DNA of 64,000 bases, from assembly GCA_000002445.1 (NCBI GenBank), contig CM000208.1:3296001-3360000 (forward strand), in the 5' to 3' direction. Shown piece by piece: positions 22,640 to 33,966 of this stretch. The stretch is from Trypanosoma brucei. Taxonomy: Eukaryota. Position 1 is the stretch's first letter. Every line of letters starts with the position of its first letter. The notes beneath the pieces are model-generated. The model searched no databases, was not told the origin of the DNA, and saw nothing but the letters and a program-made list of their open reading frames with translations. The position numbers and the translations under genes are program-made.

Positions 22640-24463
22640 CTAAGTGTGTTGCCTTATGGGTGATCTATCCGGTTCATCACATCTCTTGTCTAACCGATAT
22701 AGACCAAACCTGCGTCCCCTTGGACTCGGTATGGAGGTGGATTCATCACTGCCGCTGTACTTTGTGAGGGGCTCCGCGGGAGGCACCACAAATCGGGTAG
22801 GCGCGGCAAATGCGCCGCGACACTTCCAGACACTGTCATCGACGGTAAAATGCCTTGGAGGTAACTCGGTTCGTGGGCGCACGGGCGAAAGTGTCAGTGG
22901 CGTGTGAGACGCTATCATGGCGGCCATGGGAGGCGATTCCATCACTCGCCCTGACGTCGACACACGCGTTGGTTCATAAAGTTTTCGCCTGTGCCAAAGA
23001 TGGGCTGCCAGCATCCAAAGTACGCGTCCATAGGAGAGCGTAACGGCACAGTTAACCTGTTGCTCTCGGAAGTGTGCCGAGACTAACACGAATATGACCC
23101 AGTCTACTCGGCTCGCAAACTCCAACACCACAAGCCTACCTGCCTTCAGAGTCTCTGCACATTCTGGATCTATACCACAGCCGCCAACATTAACATGATT
23201 AGGGGAATTTATTAGAAATACGCGATATGGGCGGCTCATTCCCTCAACGAACGCCGAACACGAATGACTAATTAGTAACCGCCGCGCTGCAGAACCGCAC
23301 ACTACACAGCCAACGTTCAGCGAGGTATTGGGGCCTATCACACCATAAGGACACAACAAAACTACCTGGGACATCAAAATGCGGTGAATCACCGGGCCTT
23401 GTCGCGTTTTAGCTCTTGGCAAATACCCACGCCCCTCGGTCCACTCCTGTTCTGTATCTTTCTGACATGGCCGCTGTGATTTCGAATTCCGCGCCCAAGT
23501 TTCAACCGGAGATGTAACTACAGCATCTGCAGATTTTGATGCAATCGACGCCTCTTTCGCCCCGGTTGTTAAGGGAACCAACTCCCACTGATCTGACAAA
23601 AGGTAAAGCATCTTCAACTGGGGGGGTTGGCCCTCCGGTTGAATAATGCTCACGATCAGTCCATGCTTCTCAGCCATTATCACCGCCTGCGTGACAAACG
23701 GTAGTGATAAGCTAGTCGAGCTGCCGCATGTGAGATTGTGGCTTTCACACGATGAAGGAAGCTCAATCGGAGGAGCGGGAATAGGGCACCTCTTTGTACG
23801 GCGAGTGGAGCCCTCCACTTCATCAGGGCTACTCATTGGCGACAAAGATATCTCAGGTATGCTAATGGTAACTTTTGAACGCTCCCCTGATCGGGTGTAA
23901 CGCCGAAGGGTTGGCCCACTGGCCATTAAGGTGGTGACGCCGGGTGAGGTGACTCGGGGAGGGGTCGAAAGGCAACTTCTACCGTTGAAGTGACGAAGCG
24001 AGGGGGAAGAAAATTTGTTGCACGGGGATTTTGCAATGTAGACCCTCTCGGGGGTATTCATCAGCATTTCAGTGTTGGCGAATTCACGTCGGTTTTGGCT
24101 CACCGGTGAACTATACCGACTCCCTAAGTACGGCCCTCCCGTTTCCGCCTCCTCTGAACAGTAACATTGCGGGGCTTTTCTGCGTGGTACCACACCCGCA
24201 CGAAGTTTGGCTGCACGCCTAGTGCTGGTACTGCTACACGGTGCAGGAACGCGCGGAGAGGACTCACCCGGTGGCTCCTGCAACAGTAGTGACGGATATT
24301 TCCTATCCAAGGCCTCGTACACACTGCACCTGTTAGCATAACTAGTGTCGTCACGCTGACGAGACTGTTCAAGTGTTTTATTGATCTCTTCTATAAAGCC
24401 ACCTAGACAACACTTAAAGTGACTCGCAAACTCGTCGTATGGTGAACCCATTCGTGGACGCAT
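22640..24463 (-). CDS. conserved hypothetical protein (607 aa) with Ser/Pro-rich centre and a C-terminal globular domain containing a C-x5-R motif
   Basis: ATG confirmed. A low-complexity S/P/T-rich middle region is followed by a hydrophobic-core domain (VVLLCPYGVIGPNT...VGCVVCGSAARRLL...VNVGGCGIDPECAE). No confident family assignment. Confidence 0.55.
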   Translation of the reverse strand: MRPRMGSPYDEFASHFKCCLGGFIEEINKTLEQSRQRDDTSYANRCSVYEALDRKYPSLLLQEPPGESSPRVPAPCSSTSTRRAAKLRAGVVPRRKAPQCYCSEEAETGGPYLGSRYSSPVSQNRREFANTEMLMNTPERVYIAKSPCNKFSSPSLRHFNGRSCLSTPPRVTSPGVTTLMASGPTLRRYTRSGERSKVTISIPEISLSPMSSPDEVEGSTRRTKRCPIPAPPIELPSSCESHNLTCGSSTSLSLPFVTQAVIMAEKHGLIVSIIQPEGQPPQLKMLYLLSDQWELVPLTTGAKEASIASKSADAVVTSPVETWARNSKSQRPCQKDTEQEWTEGRGYLPRAKTRQGPVIHRILMSQVVLLCPYGVIGPNTSLNVGCVVCGSAARRLLISHSCSAFVEGMSRPYRVFLINSPNHVNVGGCGIDPECAETLKAGRLVVLEFASRVDWVIFVLVSAHFREQQVNCAVTLSYGRVLWMLAAHLWHRRKLYEPTRVSTSGRVMESPPMAAMIASHTPLTLSPVRPRTELPPRHFTVDDSVWKCRGAFAAPTRFVVPPAEPLTKYSGSDESTSIPSPRGRRFGLYRLDKRCDEPDRSPIRQHT

Positions 24464-25130
24464 CTATATAAGGATCTAAAAAAAAAATGTATGTATATCT
24501 ACGTATGCAGTTTAAAAAATGTAATGAATATTTCCCACCCACCACACTTCTTGCCTATATATCTTTCCCTTCCCCCAAAATCTCCACGACGGTGAGGTCC
24601 GCAAGACAGTAAATACTTGATGTTTGGGCTTCCCTTCCCCCCACTACCTCTCGGTCTCACAGTTCGTTAGTTAATATTATATTCCTACCCTTCTATAAGC
24701 CCGCCCTTGCTTTTGGGGCGGTGACGACAAAAAAAATATGTGCACCACCCGTCTATTCTTCGATACCGTTTCGTTCCGGTCCTAAACGGGGAAACTCCAA
24801 GGCAGAACCAGCACCAAACGAGGGGAATCAAAAAGAGGGGAAAAGAAAAGTTACGTATATGTACGGAAGGAGAGAAGCACATGCGGCAAATCAGCAAGAA
24901 GAGAAGCACTTCACAATGCAAGAGAGAAAATCGCAAAAGTACACGAGCTGGTAAGACCAAGTTACGGTTCTTAAGTTATAAGTCGTTCCAAGCGCTAGAA
25001 GTGCTCAACCCCCCTCCTCCCAGTTGTGATACGCGACCTTCACAAAGAGGAGCCGCTGTAAGCAAGATCGAGTTTTCAAAAACCCAGAGCGATCACAAAA
25101 ACGCGGTTCTCACGCGACACCAACTTTGCA

Positions 25131-25134
<4 letters not shown>

Positions 25135-25175
<41 letters not shown>
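25135..25175. repeat. (CA)~20 microsatellite
   Basis: 41-bp perfect CA run whose last base is part of the stop codon (cta = TAG on the minus strand) of the nucleotide-sugar transporter gene, so the 3'UTR begins with (UG)20. Confidence 0.9.
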
Positions 25176-25178
<3 letters not shown>

Positions 25179-26254
25179 TGATGTTCCTCTCCTTTCGAAG
25201 TTTGCCCCGCTGCTGTATGATGCGCATGCGAATCGTACTTGTTGTACAGCACTGCCGACAGAGTTATCAGGGTAGCCCCCACGATAAATAGCAGTGTCAT
25301 GGGCGTTTCCCAGATGAAATATGATGCGATGCCGCTTAATATCACTGCGCCCCCTGTAGCAAATGTTTTGAGAATGTTATCGGCATACTTCATCGCCGCG
25401 GAAACGAGCAACCCACCGAGCGCATTCAAGCAAACAAGCGCAATAGTAAGCCACTGGTCGTATCCCTTCCAGAATCTGAACGGCTCGCGCCCCTGACCCG
25501 CATTGCTCCCATATGAGGGGAGCACGTCAAAAATGAGCATGGCTAATGCAGCGAAAAGAATACCGAACCGAGAAAGCTGGATGTTTCGGGTTGCCAGAGA
25601 TGGTTTCGTTGTTTTGGCAAGCTTCTCGAAATACACTGATGCGTAACTTGAAGATAATGCAGAAATGAGGCACGCCAGTGTCCCAACCACTGGACGCTGA
25701 GTAGCGGTGGTAGCTGTATGTCGCGGATTAGATCCCTGCGCCTGCGTTAACAGAACACCGATTGAAAGCAAAAGCAACGAAAGCCACTGCATGGACGACA
25801 AATGCCGTCCCAACATGTATTTCGACAGTAGTGCGGTAAACGGAAGCTTCGTCTGTGATAACACCTGGAATGCTGATGCCTCCAGGTTGGCAAGACTGAG
25901 AAAGATTAGGTAGTTCTGCGACACGAAGAGGAAAGCGGGTACAAGCAACTCACGTGCCTCTTTGCAGAAGCAAACACCCCACAGCACCGTAAGAAATCCA
26001 CCACCAGAAGGAGTGTTCATGCACGCCGCGTTGGGCAGAGCCGTCGAGCACTTGCCACCCTCCTGTGATAAAAGGAAAAGACACACCACCATTTTCAAAA
26101 TTTCTTGATTCAGCACAAGCGTAGAGGTGTGGTAACGTTTCTCTGGAGGGATGTTAATTCTAGAGTATCGTGTTAGCACCACCAACAAGCTATTTTGCAA
26201 CATTAGTACCACAAGACTGATTGACGCAGCCGAAAGCCATTTAACGGAAGGCAT
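25175..26254 (-). CDS. nucleotide-sugar transporter (UDP-Gal/CMP-Sia transporter family), 359 aa
   Basis: ~10 predicted TM helices. LPFTALLSKYMLGRHLSSMQWLSLLLLSIGV and GGLLVSAAMKYADNILKTFATGGAVILSG are typical NST (SLC35) motifs. The track start at 26257 is GTG; ATG at 26252-26254. Confidence 0.85.
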
Positions 26255-27075
26255 CACCGGTTTAAAGTTTGCAAGCAGCTTTCACACCTCGAATCCAATT
26301 TTGAAACACGCAACAGGTCTGAAATTCCCTTTCAACAGAAGGAAGAGCGACCGGTACAGTTTCCCCCCCCCCTCCCTTTTGGGTTTCTTGGCGGTGGGGA
26401 GCGACGACTACACCTCTTCCTTTTTGTATTCCTGTGAAACACCGTCCCTTGGTACTACTGTATGCTCGACCACAGCGAGGTAAAGCCACTGAATAAGGTG
26501 GGCGTAAAGATCAAAGACACCTAGTCGAATGCGTCCAACACATAAACACAAACACGAACACATACGCTCGTGGGTACACAAAAATAAAAACACACATGTA
26601 TTGGGTTTAAAGTTCACGCTTTCCCCTCTTCCGCACAGAGTTTGGCGGCCTAACACTGCATCTCAACTATTACGTGCATGCCCTACACGTCCTTCGTGTT
26701 CTTCATAAAACACTCCCTCCTTCCTACCCGTAACATTATAAAGAACGCAAATCCTCACCGTCCTCACAACGGCCAATAACGATCTGCGCAAAAAACAAAA
26801 AGAAAGATACCGTTTTCATTACTTTGAAAATGGCAACCACGACCTGCTGCACTCATCTAAAACATAGCCTTAACTACTTTACCTCTACCTCCGCTGACAA
26901 AAAAAAAAGCTCGGAGTCGCCGCGGTGTCGAAACGTGACACCCCTTGCGCCCCATGGCGCCACGTCGAACGATCTCCGCATCACCACACTAACGTCCTTT
27001 CGTCTCCCCACCATGCCGAACTGTACTAGACTATGCGACTAAAGTAATGATTCACCTTTCCCACTCATAATATCA

Positions 27076-27678
27076 TTACCACTGCTTCTTAATTTCGGGA
27101 GGCACCGGCTTCTTCTCCCAAGGTGTATACTCCCTTTCATATCCATTGCTATTGTCGCTAACAATCTTACGATGATCATTAACACGTTTGTGCAACCACT
27201 CTGAGAGTTCGACTACGTCTGTTGTTGCCTCCCAACCTGGGCGTTCCCGCACTGGCCGCTTGCCCTCGGCGTAGTCCCTCGTTTTCATTCGTGCTTCACA
27301 CCTTTTCTTCTCAGCTATATTCGCTGCCGCTATCCCGCTGACCGAAGTTGTTTGTTTTCGGGCGTGTTCAAGCGACGACTTTACGCCAGCAACAAACGAC
27401 GCTGCGGCCCGGGCGGTTGGACGCGGGACATCTAATTTGTGCGGGGGTGGAGAATCCATAGATATCACTTCCAATGTATGAATATGCGGTTGAAGCAGTT
27501 GCCATTTGGACCCGCTTTTCGTGCCGGTTTTGTGAACCGTGACATAACATTTTCCGGGGCCTGGTGGGGGCGGAGGACGGCGCTCCATCACCCACTGAGG
27601 TTCAAGATGGGCAGCAGCCTTCGAGGTGGGGAACAACTCGCCGCCACCACCACCCAGGCGGAGAAATGTCCTACGCAT
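27076..27678 (-). CDS. hypothetical protein (200 aa), possible mitochondrial presequence
   Basis: The track start at 27696 is GTG; ATG at 27676-27678 (MRRTFLRLGGGGG...). Pro-rich N-terminal part and a charged C-terminal part. No family recognised. Confidence 0.5.
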   Translation of the reverse strand: MRRTFLRLGGGGGELFPTSKAAAHLEPQWVMERRPPPPPGPGKCYVTVHKTGTKSGSKWQLLQPHIHTLEVISMDSPPPHKLDVPRPTARAAASFVAGVKSSLEHARKQTTSVSGIAAANIAEKKRCEARMKTRDYAEGKRPVRERPGWEATTDVVELSEWLHKRVNDHRKIVSDNSNGYEREYTPWEKKPVPPEIKKQW

Positions 27679-27984
27679 ATTGGATGAACTGTGCACACAA
27701 AAATGTAAAATAGTAGAATTTAAAGGTAGGGAAATTAAAAAAAAAAACTCGTTCGCGTGGGGGTATCAACAGTCAGCGCCGTGGAAAGACGTGGAGTTGT
27801 AAGTAAAAGAATTAACGGAAACCATAACGATGACAACGCGAGTGCAACAGTGAGCGAAGAAGTGATAACGTGCAGGGTGGCAGCTAAAACAATTTGGGGA
27901 ATGAAACTCAAATACGCAGCGACAGCTCCACACATACACAAACGTACCAACAGTAAAGGCAATGGAGTAGCCACACTGGGGACG

Positions 27985-28356
27985 TCATCCTTTTCTCATT
28001 GCATGATTGCCCGTTTCGACAGCCTCGTTAAGTGTATGAACGCTTATTTGATCTTCTGTACTCTGAACCTTTATGCGCCGCCTCATGCCGTATTGCCCTT
28101 TCACGTAACTATTATGGGGGAGGGGCGCAGGGACGTTGGGTGTTCGGGAGTAGAGCTCACGCTCAGCCCTCTGCTCCTCCTCATATCGGGCGTCCATCTC
28201 AGCTCGGTAGGAGCGAAGTTTTTTCAATGGCTCGATCCCCTCCTGTAGTTTCGGTGGGGGAGGGCCACCTTGCACAAAGGATCGACTTGCAGCCTCCGTA
28301 ACTGTCGCAGCGTCCGACCGCAACAGACGCAGTGCAGGCGACGAAAAGCACCACAT
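27985..28356 (-). CDS. small hypothetical protein (123 aa)
   Basis: ATG at 28354-28356 (MWCFSSPALRLLRSDAATV...). The charged middle region (RSYRAEMDARYEEEQRAERELY) looks protein-like. It sits alone in a 2 kb spacer on the transcribed strand. Confidence 0.3.
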   Translation of the reverse strand: MWCFSSPALRLLRSDAATVTEAASRSFVQGGPPPPKLQEGIEPLKKLRSYRAEMDARYEEEQRAERELYSRTPNVPAPLPHNSYVKGQYGMRRRIKVQSTEDQISVHTLNEAVETGNHAMRKG

Positions 28357-29661
28357 CCACACGCACTTCGTCTCTGACCTTTTAGCAGTGATTGTTACAC
28401 CCTACAGAGCACGGGGAAAAGCGGGAGTTCTGGAACAGTGACTCCATGTGGCCCCAAGTGGGGTAGAGACATGGAACAAAACCATCAAAATCCACATCAC
28501 TCGAAGGTGCAACGAAAGCCACACTCATGAAACCACATTCTTTAACCCCCTTTTCCGCAAACGAAGCCAACGGGAGGGGGGGAAAAAAACAACAGCCAAC
28601 TGCTGCTGCTCTTCCAAACCGGCAGGCACACAAGTATGTATCCTCTGTAATTTGTGGACGTCAGCGGCCTTAATGTACCTTTGATGGTTAATTATTCCCT
28701 TCCACAGCCCCTACCCCCTCCAACGTGGAAGCGTAACAATAGGAAAGGGGGGAAAACCCTACAAACTGCGGAGTGTCTGCACGATGCCACCGCGGCCGCC
28801 AACCCTCCGAATCTTGCGAAGTTAGTTGTTGCGACCGCACTACGAACAGTACAAAACAACAGCACACGAGTACTAAGCGTTGCTGGAAGCACCACGCAGC
28901 CCTGTGCTGGGACCACGAGCGTTCTTACTGGTTAGCATCATAACAACACCTTTTTTGAGTACTCATTTGTGCCTCACTTCGCGTTTGGAGTCCAAAAGAG
29001 CTGTACCCTTTTCCCGTGGGTAGCTCTTCCATACAGCGTAGAATGGAACGTCGTACAGTCAGTTGGGGACACGCGAGGGAAGACCACACGACAATGCCAG
29101 TATTCAACAAACAATGTACACTTGGGTGCATGGCTCCACTACCACCACCACCGGTGCCTCAAACTTTCGACTCATGTGGGCGGCCGCTGACAACTTTCCA
29201 ATTTAAACTGCGTTTGCAAATGGGACATGAGACGGCATTCGACGTGGTGCTGAGAATTCTTTTGTGGCAAACGGTCCCGGTAACGCCGCGGCGCAAATTG
29301 GGCACCGCGGATGTGACGGCTGGAGGTCTCTCCACCCAACAAAAGGCTCAAATCATGTCTGGCGAATAAAAAATAAAAAGAAGAGAACGAGCAACGGCAA
29401 ATTTGTGTGATATTACTTTAAGGGGGAAAAAAACTCACATAGCGAATCAAAACCGCCCTTACAATAACGAAAAGAAGTTGCCAGTCATTTAACATAGACA
29501 AGACACACATTCCACAAGAAAAAGATAGAAATACATGTTTTTTTTCTTTTTAAAGTGTGGGAGGACATCCCAACACCTTTTTCAGGGACTCCCCACGAAA
29601 TTTTCTAAGCAAAACAGAGTTGCTAGAAAAAAAAATTGTACCATGAACCGGAGAGAACTGC

Positions 29662-30660
29662 TCAAACAGTATCATTGTCGTTTGGCGATCCGCTACGGCG
29701 GCGGGGCGGCTCCAGACGGCGGGGCACTAGATAGCCTTCACCACTTCTCACACGGAAGAAAATATTAACAGAGAAGGCACCGATGACCAGACCGATGACG
29801 CTTCCACCCAAAATATCGGAAAAATGATGACGATTGTCACGGGTCCTTGAGGCCGCAACACATATCGCAAGATAAATTGGAAACATGCTTAGGATGATAC
29901 GCCACACGGGGCCGCTGTTAAAAGCACGTGATAAACCAAGGAAATACATTGTCAGTGGCGTAAATGCAGCAAATGCGCAGCTGCTGTGACCTGAAGGAAA
30001 TGACAGACGGCCTTCTCTGGCGAGGCTGCACGCATTTGACGGCGGCGATGTCGCATTAAAGCCCTCACGCCTCAACCGATCAAGGAAATCGGGACGAAGT
30101 CTTCCAGCGTAAATTTTAAGTACATCGACAATACCAAGCGAAAAGAAAAAGGCGAAAACCACTGAAAGAATCCACAGGTTAATCACCTGATCGACAATAA
30201 ACTTTCGCTGCACCTTCCTCTCAAAGGAAGGAGCTGGTGGTAGATTTTCCAAGCCATTGCGTTCCCTCACAGAAGCGCCGCCTCTGTTGGCGGCTCTCTC
30301 TTCCGACAAAACGTTCGTAGAAGACGTGATGGAATTAGATGATGGTTCAGGCAATTGCTCGTCCATATACCACTCCCCTACCGGGGAGTAACGCTCACGC
30401 ATTTTCTCGATTATAAAGATAAATAAACATGATACAAGAGCCATAACTACGAGACTCCAGTCAGGGAAAGTCTCCTTCTCGGCAAATGAGTTGTTGATAC
30501 TCAGATCGTCCCACGAGAATGTGCGGCAGTATGGGCGGATCAGTCTCCCGAGGAGAAATCCAGTTGCACCGAAACAGAAAGCGACAAGGTAATCCAACAA
30601 CCGAAGCACTTTCGCATAGTACAAGTAAACGGCAAAAGAGGAACGACCTCCAGTGGCCAT
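29662..30660 (-). CDS. PAP2-family lipid phosphate phosphatase (multi-pass membrane)
   Basis: ATG confirmed. The three PAP2 signature motifs are present: KIYAGRLRPDF (KxxxxxxRP), PSGHSS (PSGH), and SRTRDNRHHFSDILGG (SRxxxxxHxxxD). Six hydrophobic segments. Confidence 0.8.
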   Translation of the reverse strand: MATGGRSSFAVYLYYAKVLRLLDYLVAFCFGATGFLLGRLIRPYCRTFSWDDLSINNSFAEKETFPDWSLVVMALVSCLFIFIIEKMRERYSPVGEWYMDEQLPEPSSNSITSSTNVLSEERAANRGGASVRERNGLENLPPAPSFERKVQRKFIVDQVINLWILSVVFAFFFSLGIVDVLKIYAGRLRPDFLDRLRREGFNATSPPSNACSLAREGRLSFPSGHSSCAFAAFTPLTMYFLGLSRAFNSGPVWRIILSMFPIYLAICVAASRTRDNRHHFSDILGGSVIGLVIGAFSVNIFFRVRSGEGYLVPRRLEPPRRRSGSPNDNDTV

Positions 30661-31816
30661 TTTCGCACTTCTTGAAATGATTAATTACTCCCAAGAACTA
30701 CGACTTGTATCAAACACGGGGGAAAGCAAGATGTAGAGAGCACTAAAGGAAGACAACAAACTCGGAAAGAAAACACCAGGCCAGAAAATAGGCGGTCTTT
30801 CACTACCACCAAACAGCAAACATCACACAACCATACCGTCTGCAAATGCATTATTATGAAACTCAGTGCGCTGCGCCACATTGGCACGGTAACAAGAGGC
30901 ACACGGCACAAAAAAAGACCATACCACACAACTGCCACCCACAATAACATCTACAAGCCGACAACACGGGGCTCAGCTTTAACGATACTGACAAGTGCAC
31001 TCCGGTAAGTGTAGTGATATTTTTCAAGAAGCATAACATAAGCCTCACTTCTACACCACCGATAACGCGTGCAAATAAGCCTGGCGGTGAAACTCCAACG
31101 CAAGTACGAGCAAGCACAACAAACACCTGGTGGCACAATAAGGAATATCACAGGGAAGAAACTAGAAGAAAGGAGGATAGGCGGTGTGTACACAAGGCAC
31201 CGACATACTCGCCTCGCCTCTTGGAAAGCCACCACCCACAACGCACCACCAAAAAGGCATGCCGTGGCTACGGGCCTCCTCAGAAATAGAAGGTAACACT
31301 GAAGAAACAGCAATGGGGGAAATTACTGCAGGTACGTGTCAGTCAAATACAGCACTCTCGCTGAAAGCGTTGGTATCAATCAGCACTAAATTGTCACTCA
31401 GTCGCGCACTACAACTTCTGTCCTCATACACAGCCATGCAGCAGAACATCTCCGCCACATGTATCACCCCACAATGCATGCAAAGCACGGTGTGGGGCGG
31501 TTGTATGGGCGTCGATACAGCAACAGTGAATAAAGATGCAGTGTAAACACACATGGCAGGAAGGAGTTAGGGACGGTAAATGCCGGTACAATCAACACCG
31601 CTGCTCAACATTTGTACACATTCAAGAGTCCTCATTGGGTGTGTCGGTCCGCCTGTCGTTAGACAGTTTCTCATCGTCGCAGCGGTGTCGTGCCCATAAC
31701 ATGTCACATTTCGCATAGTCCAATGATCCAAGAGTCAAAAGAGAAGGGGAAAAAGAGTAACGAGGGGAAGAAGGGAGGAATCAGATAGATTGGTAAACGC
31801 AAAGTTGGTTTCTCGC

Positions 31817-32197
31817 TCATGATGGGTCGTCAGTGCGCATTACGACCGTTCTTTCCACTGCATGCTTGAAAAAGGAAAGATCTTCAAGCTCATTTTGTAA
31901 TTTCAGTGCGGCCGCTGGGATGAACACTATCCTTGGTGGTGTCTCCCCTTTTGCGGTGTGGCAATTCCGTATACAGAGCAATGGACGACGAATCTCGACG
32001 TACCAAACGGCGTCAGTTTGTGTGGTTACCGATTCGTAGCAATTATTTATGAACTGCCGCTTCCTCTTGACAAGCAACTCCACAAATCTTTCTCTCGCCA
32101 CACCCGCAATGCCCGCGCAACGTTGCAGCTCCTGACTGAAGTAGATTATTATTGGCGGTAAGGCACAATACCAGATGCAGTAAAAAGTACAGCACAT
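31817..32197 (-). CDS. small hypothetical ORF (126 aa), coding status uncertain
   Basis: ATG confirmed at 32195-32197. On the transcribed strand in a 2.1 kb spacer with mixed composition. No motifs recognised. Confidence 0.25.
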   Translation of the reverse strand: MCCTFYCIWYCALPPIIIYFSQELQRCAGIAGVARERFVELLVKRKRQFINNCYESVTTQTDAVWYVEIRRPLLCIRNCHTAKGETPPRIVFIPAAALKLQNELEDLSFFKHAVERTVVMRTDDPS

Positions 32198-32798
32198 ATG
32201 CTCTCCATATCGAGTCCTCTCACAGTTTTAGCCGCGGTGCTAGCTTTATCTCACACTAATGAAACCACAATTTAATGGCATGCGCGACCTATTCTGACTG
32301 CGACGGGGGTCGACAGGCGGTAGAAACATTCATTTCCGACGGATCAGGTGGAAAAGAACGATGAGGGACCGCAGCAGAAGGTAGACGACATTCGAAGGTG
32401 TGTGTTAAGCGAGGAGAGGAGGAAGAGTGCCGGTTTGACAGATTGAAGTAGATGTGCATCGCTCGAAACACCATTCCACCGGTGCGTAAAACGGTGGGAA
32501 ATACGGGCCGCAACAAAGGAGACCCACAACATGATGTCTGAGGGTTATGATACCTTTTTTCGTCCTAAGTCGTTTCGCAACGGTCGACATGTGTGCTTGG
32601 ACACTGTCGCTTTAAAATGCAAAATCAAGAAGTGATCGAAAGTATATCCGCAAACAGATGCGTGCGTGGACACTTTCCAGCAAATAGGGGGTAAAAGAAA
32701 CATCAGAGGGTTTTGTGACACATTCCGTCCTGACAGCCACCTAATCGGCCACTCAAATAGAGTGCAGTCACCCACACAGATATTAAATTAATGCCCTC

Positions 32799-33497
32799 TT
32801 AAAACACCTCCGGGGGAAAGTCACCAACATCCACTTGGTCTGGACGCAGGAAGCCTCCGTAGTTCGGCTGGCACTGGAACACACGTGTTCCCTTCACAGT
32901 ACCATCCCCCTTACCAACCGGCTCATCGAATTCGACACCAACCCAATAGCCAGGTTTAAGTGATGCAACTCGACCGACGAAACGCACTGAGCCAAGGCGG
33001 TCCCCAGGGCGACACAGGCAACGGTCCCCCACATGTATTGTCTCTGCTTTTTCCTTGTAACTGTCATCATCGAGTTCCTTTGGAAGTTCAATGCCCTCAC
33101 GCTCGGCCTCAGCACGTTGTTGAGCAATCATACGCTGGCGAAAAGCCCTAGCATTGTCTTCCCGCTTGCTGTACGCCTCTTCACTTATCTCATATTTCTC
33201 CACTTGGGAGACGTCATCGAAGTTTTCCACCTTCGCAGATGGTTGGAGATCCACTACGTGTATGACGAATTCATCACGGCACTGATAGTACCCTAACTGC
33301 TTGTCATTCGCCATGTTTTTCTCTATTGTGATGCCGCGGTCGTCAATAAGTTGAAGTTGCATGTATTCCGGAGGAGTGGCAAAGTGAGTAAATACGTTTT
33401 CCTTTATACTTTCAATTGTTTGTGCGAGTCCGTAGCGCTTCTCAGGGACTCGCATCCTACTAGCGGAATGCGTAAGCGATACTTTAACAACGGACAT
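32799..33497 (-). CDS. TBCB: tubulin-folding cofactor B (ubiquitin-like N-domain + CAP-Gly C-domain), 232 aa
   Basis: C-terminal CAP-Gly domain: GDRCLCRPGDRLGSVRFVGRV...GYWVGVEFDEPVGKGDGTVKGTRVFQCQPNYGGFLRPDQV. N-terminal ubiquitin-like beta-grasp. The track start at 33536 is TTG; ATG at 33495-33497 (MSVVKVSLTHS). Confidence 0.85.
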   Translation of the reverse strand: MSVVKVSLTHSASRMRVPEKRYGLAQTIESIKENVFTHFATPPEYMQLQLIDDRGITIEKNMANDKQLGYYQCRDEFVIHVVDLQPSAKVENFDDVSQVEKYEISEEAYSKREDNARAFRQRMIAQQRAEAEREGIELPKELDDDSYKEKAETIHVGDRCLCRPGDRLGSVRFVGRVASLKPGYWVGVEFDEPVGKGDGTVKGTRVFQCQPNYGGFLRPDQVDVGDFPPEVF

Positions 33498-33966
33498 GTT
33501 CTTAGACCACGGAGTGTGACCACCAGGTAGATTCAATTGTGCTTTCTATCCTTCCCTGTTTATTTGGCTACTACAAGGTAATGGAAAACTGTATTGCGAA
33601 AGCGAATTAGAAGCGAAGATCGGTGTCTCGACACACCAGAGCACTATGTATTACGTCAAACAAAATATTATTTTCCCTCTTTTGAGTACTTACGGTACCA
33701 AAGTGGAGCACATCACCCTACGGAGGAAACCTAAACACCCGATGTGTATCATCACCTGCTTCAAAATCAATTTCGAGGTAATCTACATGATGATCGGCCA
33801 AATATTTCCATGTGTGAATGAAATCTCTTTCACTCCTTGCCTTTCGACCTTCCAGCACCACTCACAGTTGGGGTTGGATCTATTTTGCACACTACAAGTG
33901 AGCACAGAACATCTGTTGGCGTATAGGATTGTACATGGATATGGGAATAACACTCTAATTTCTTAC

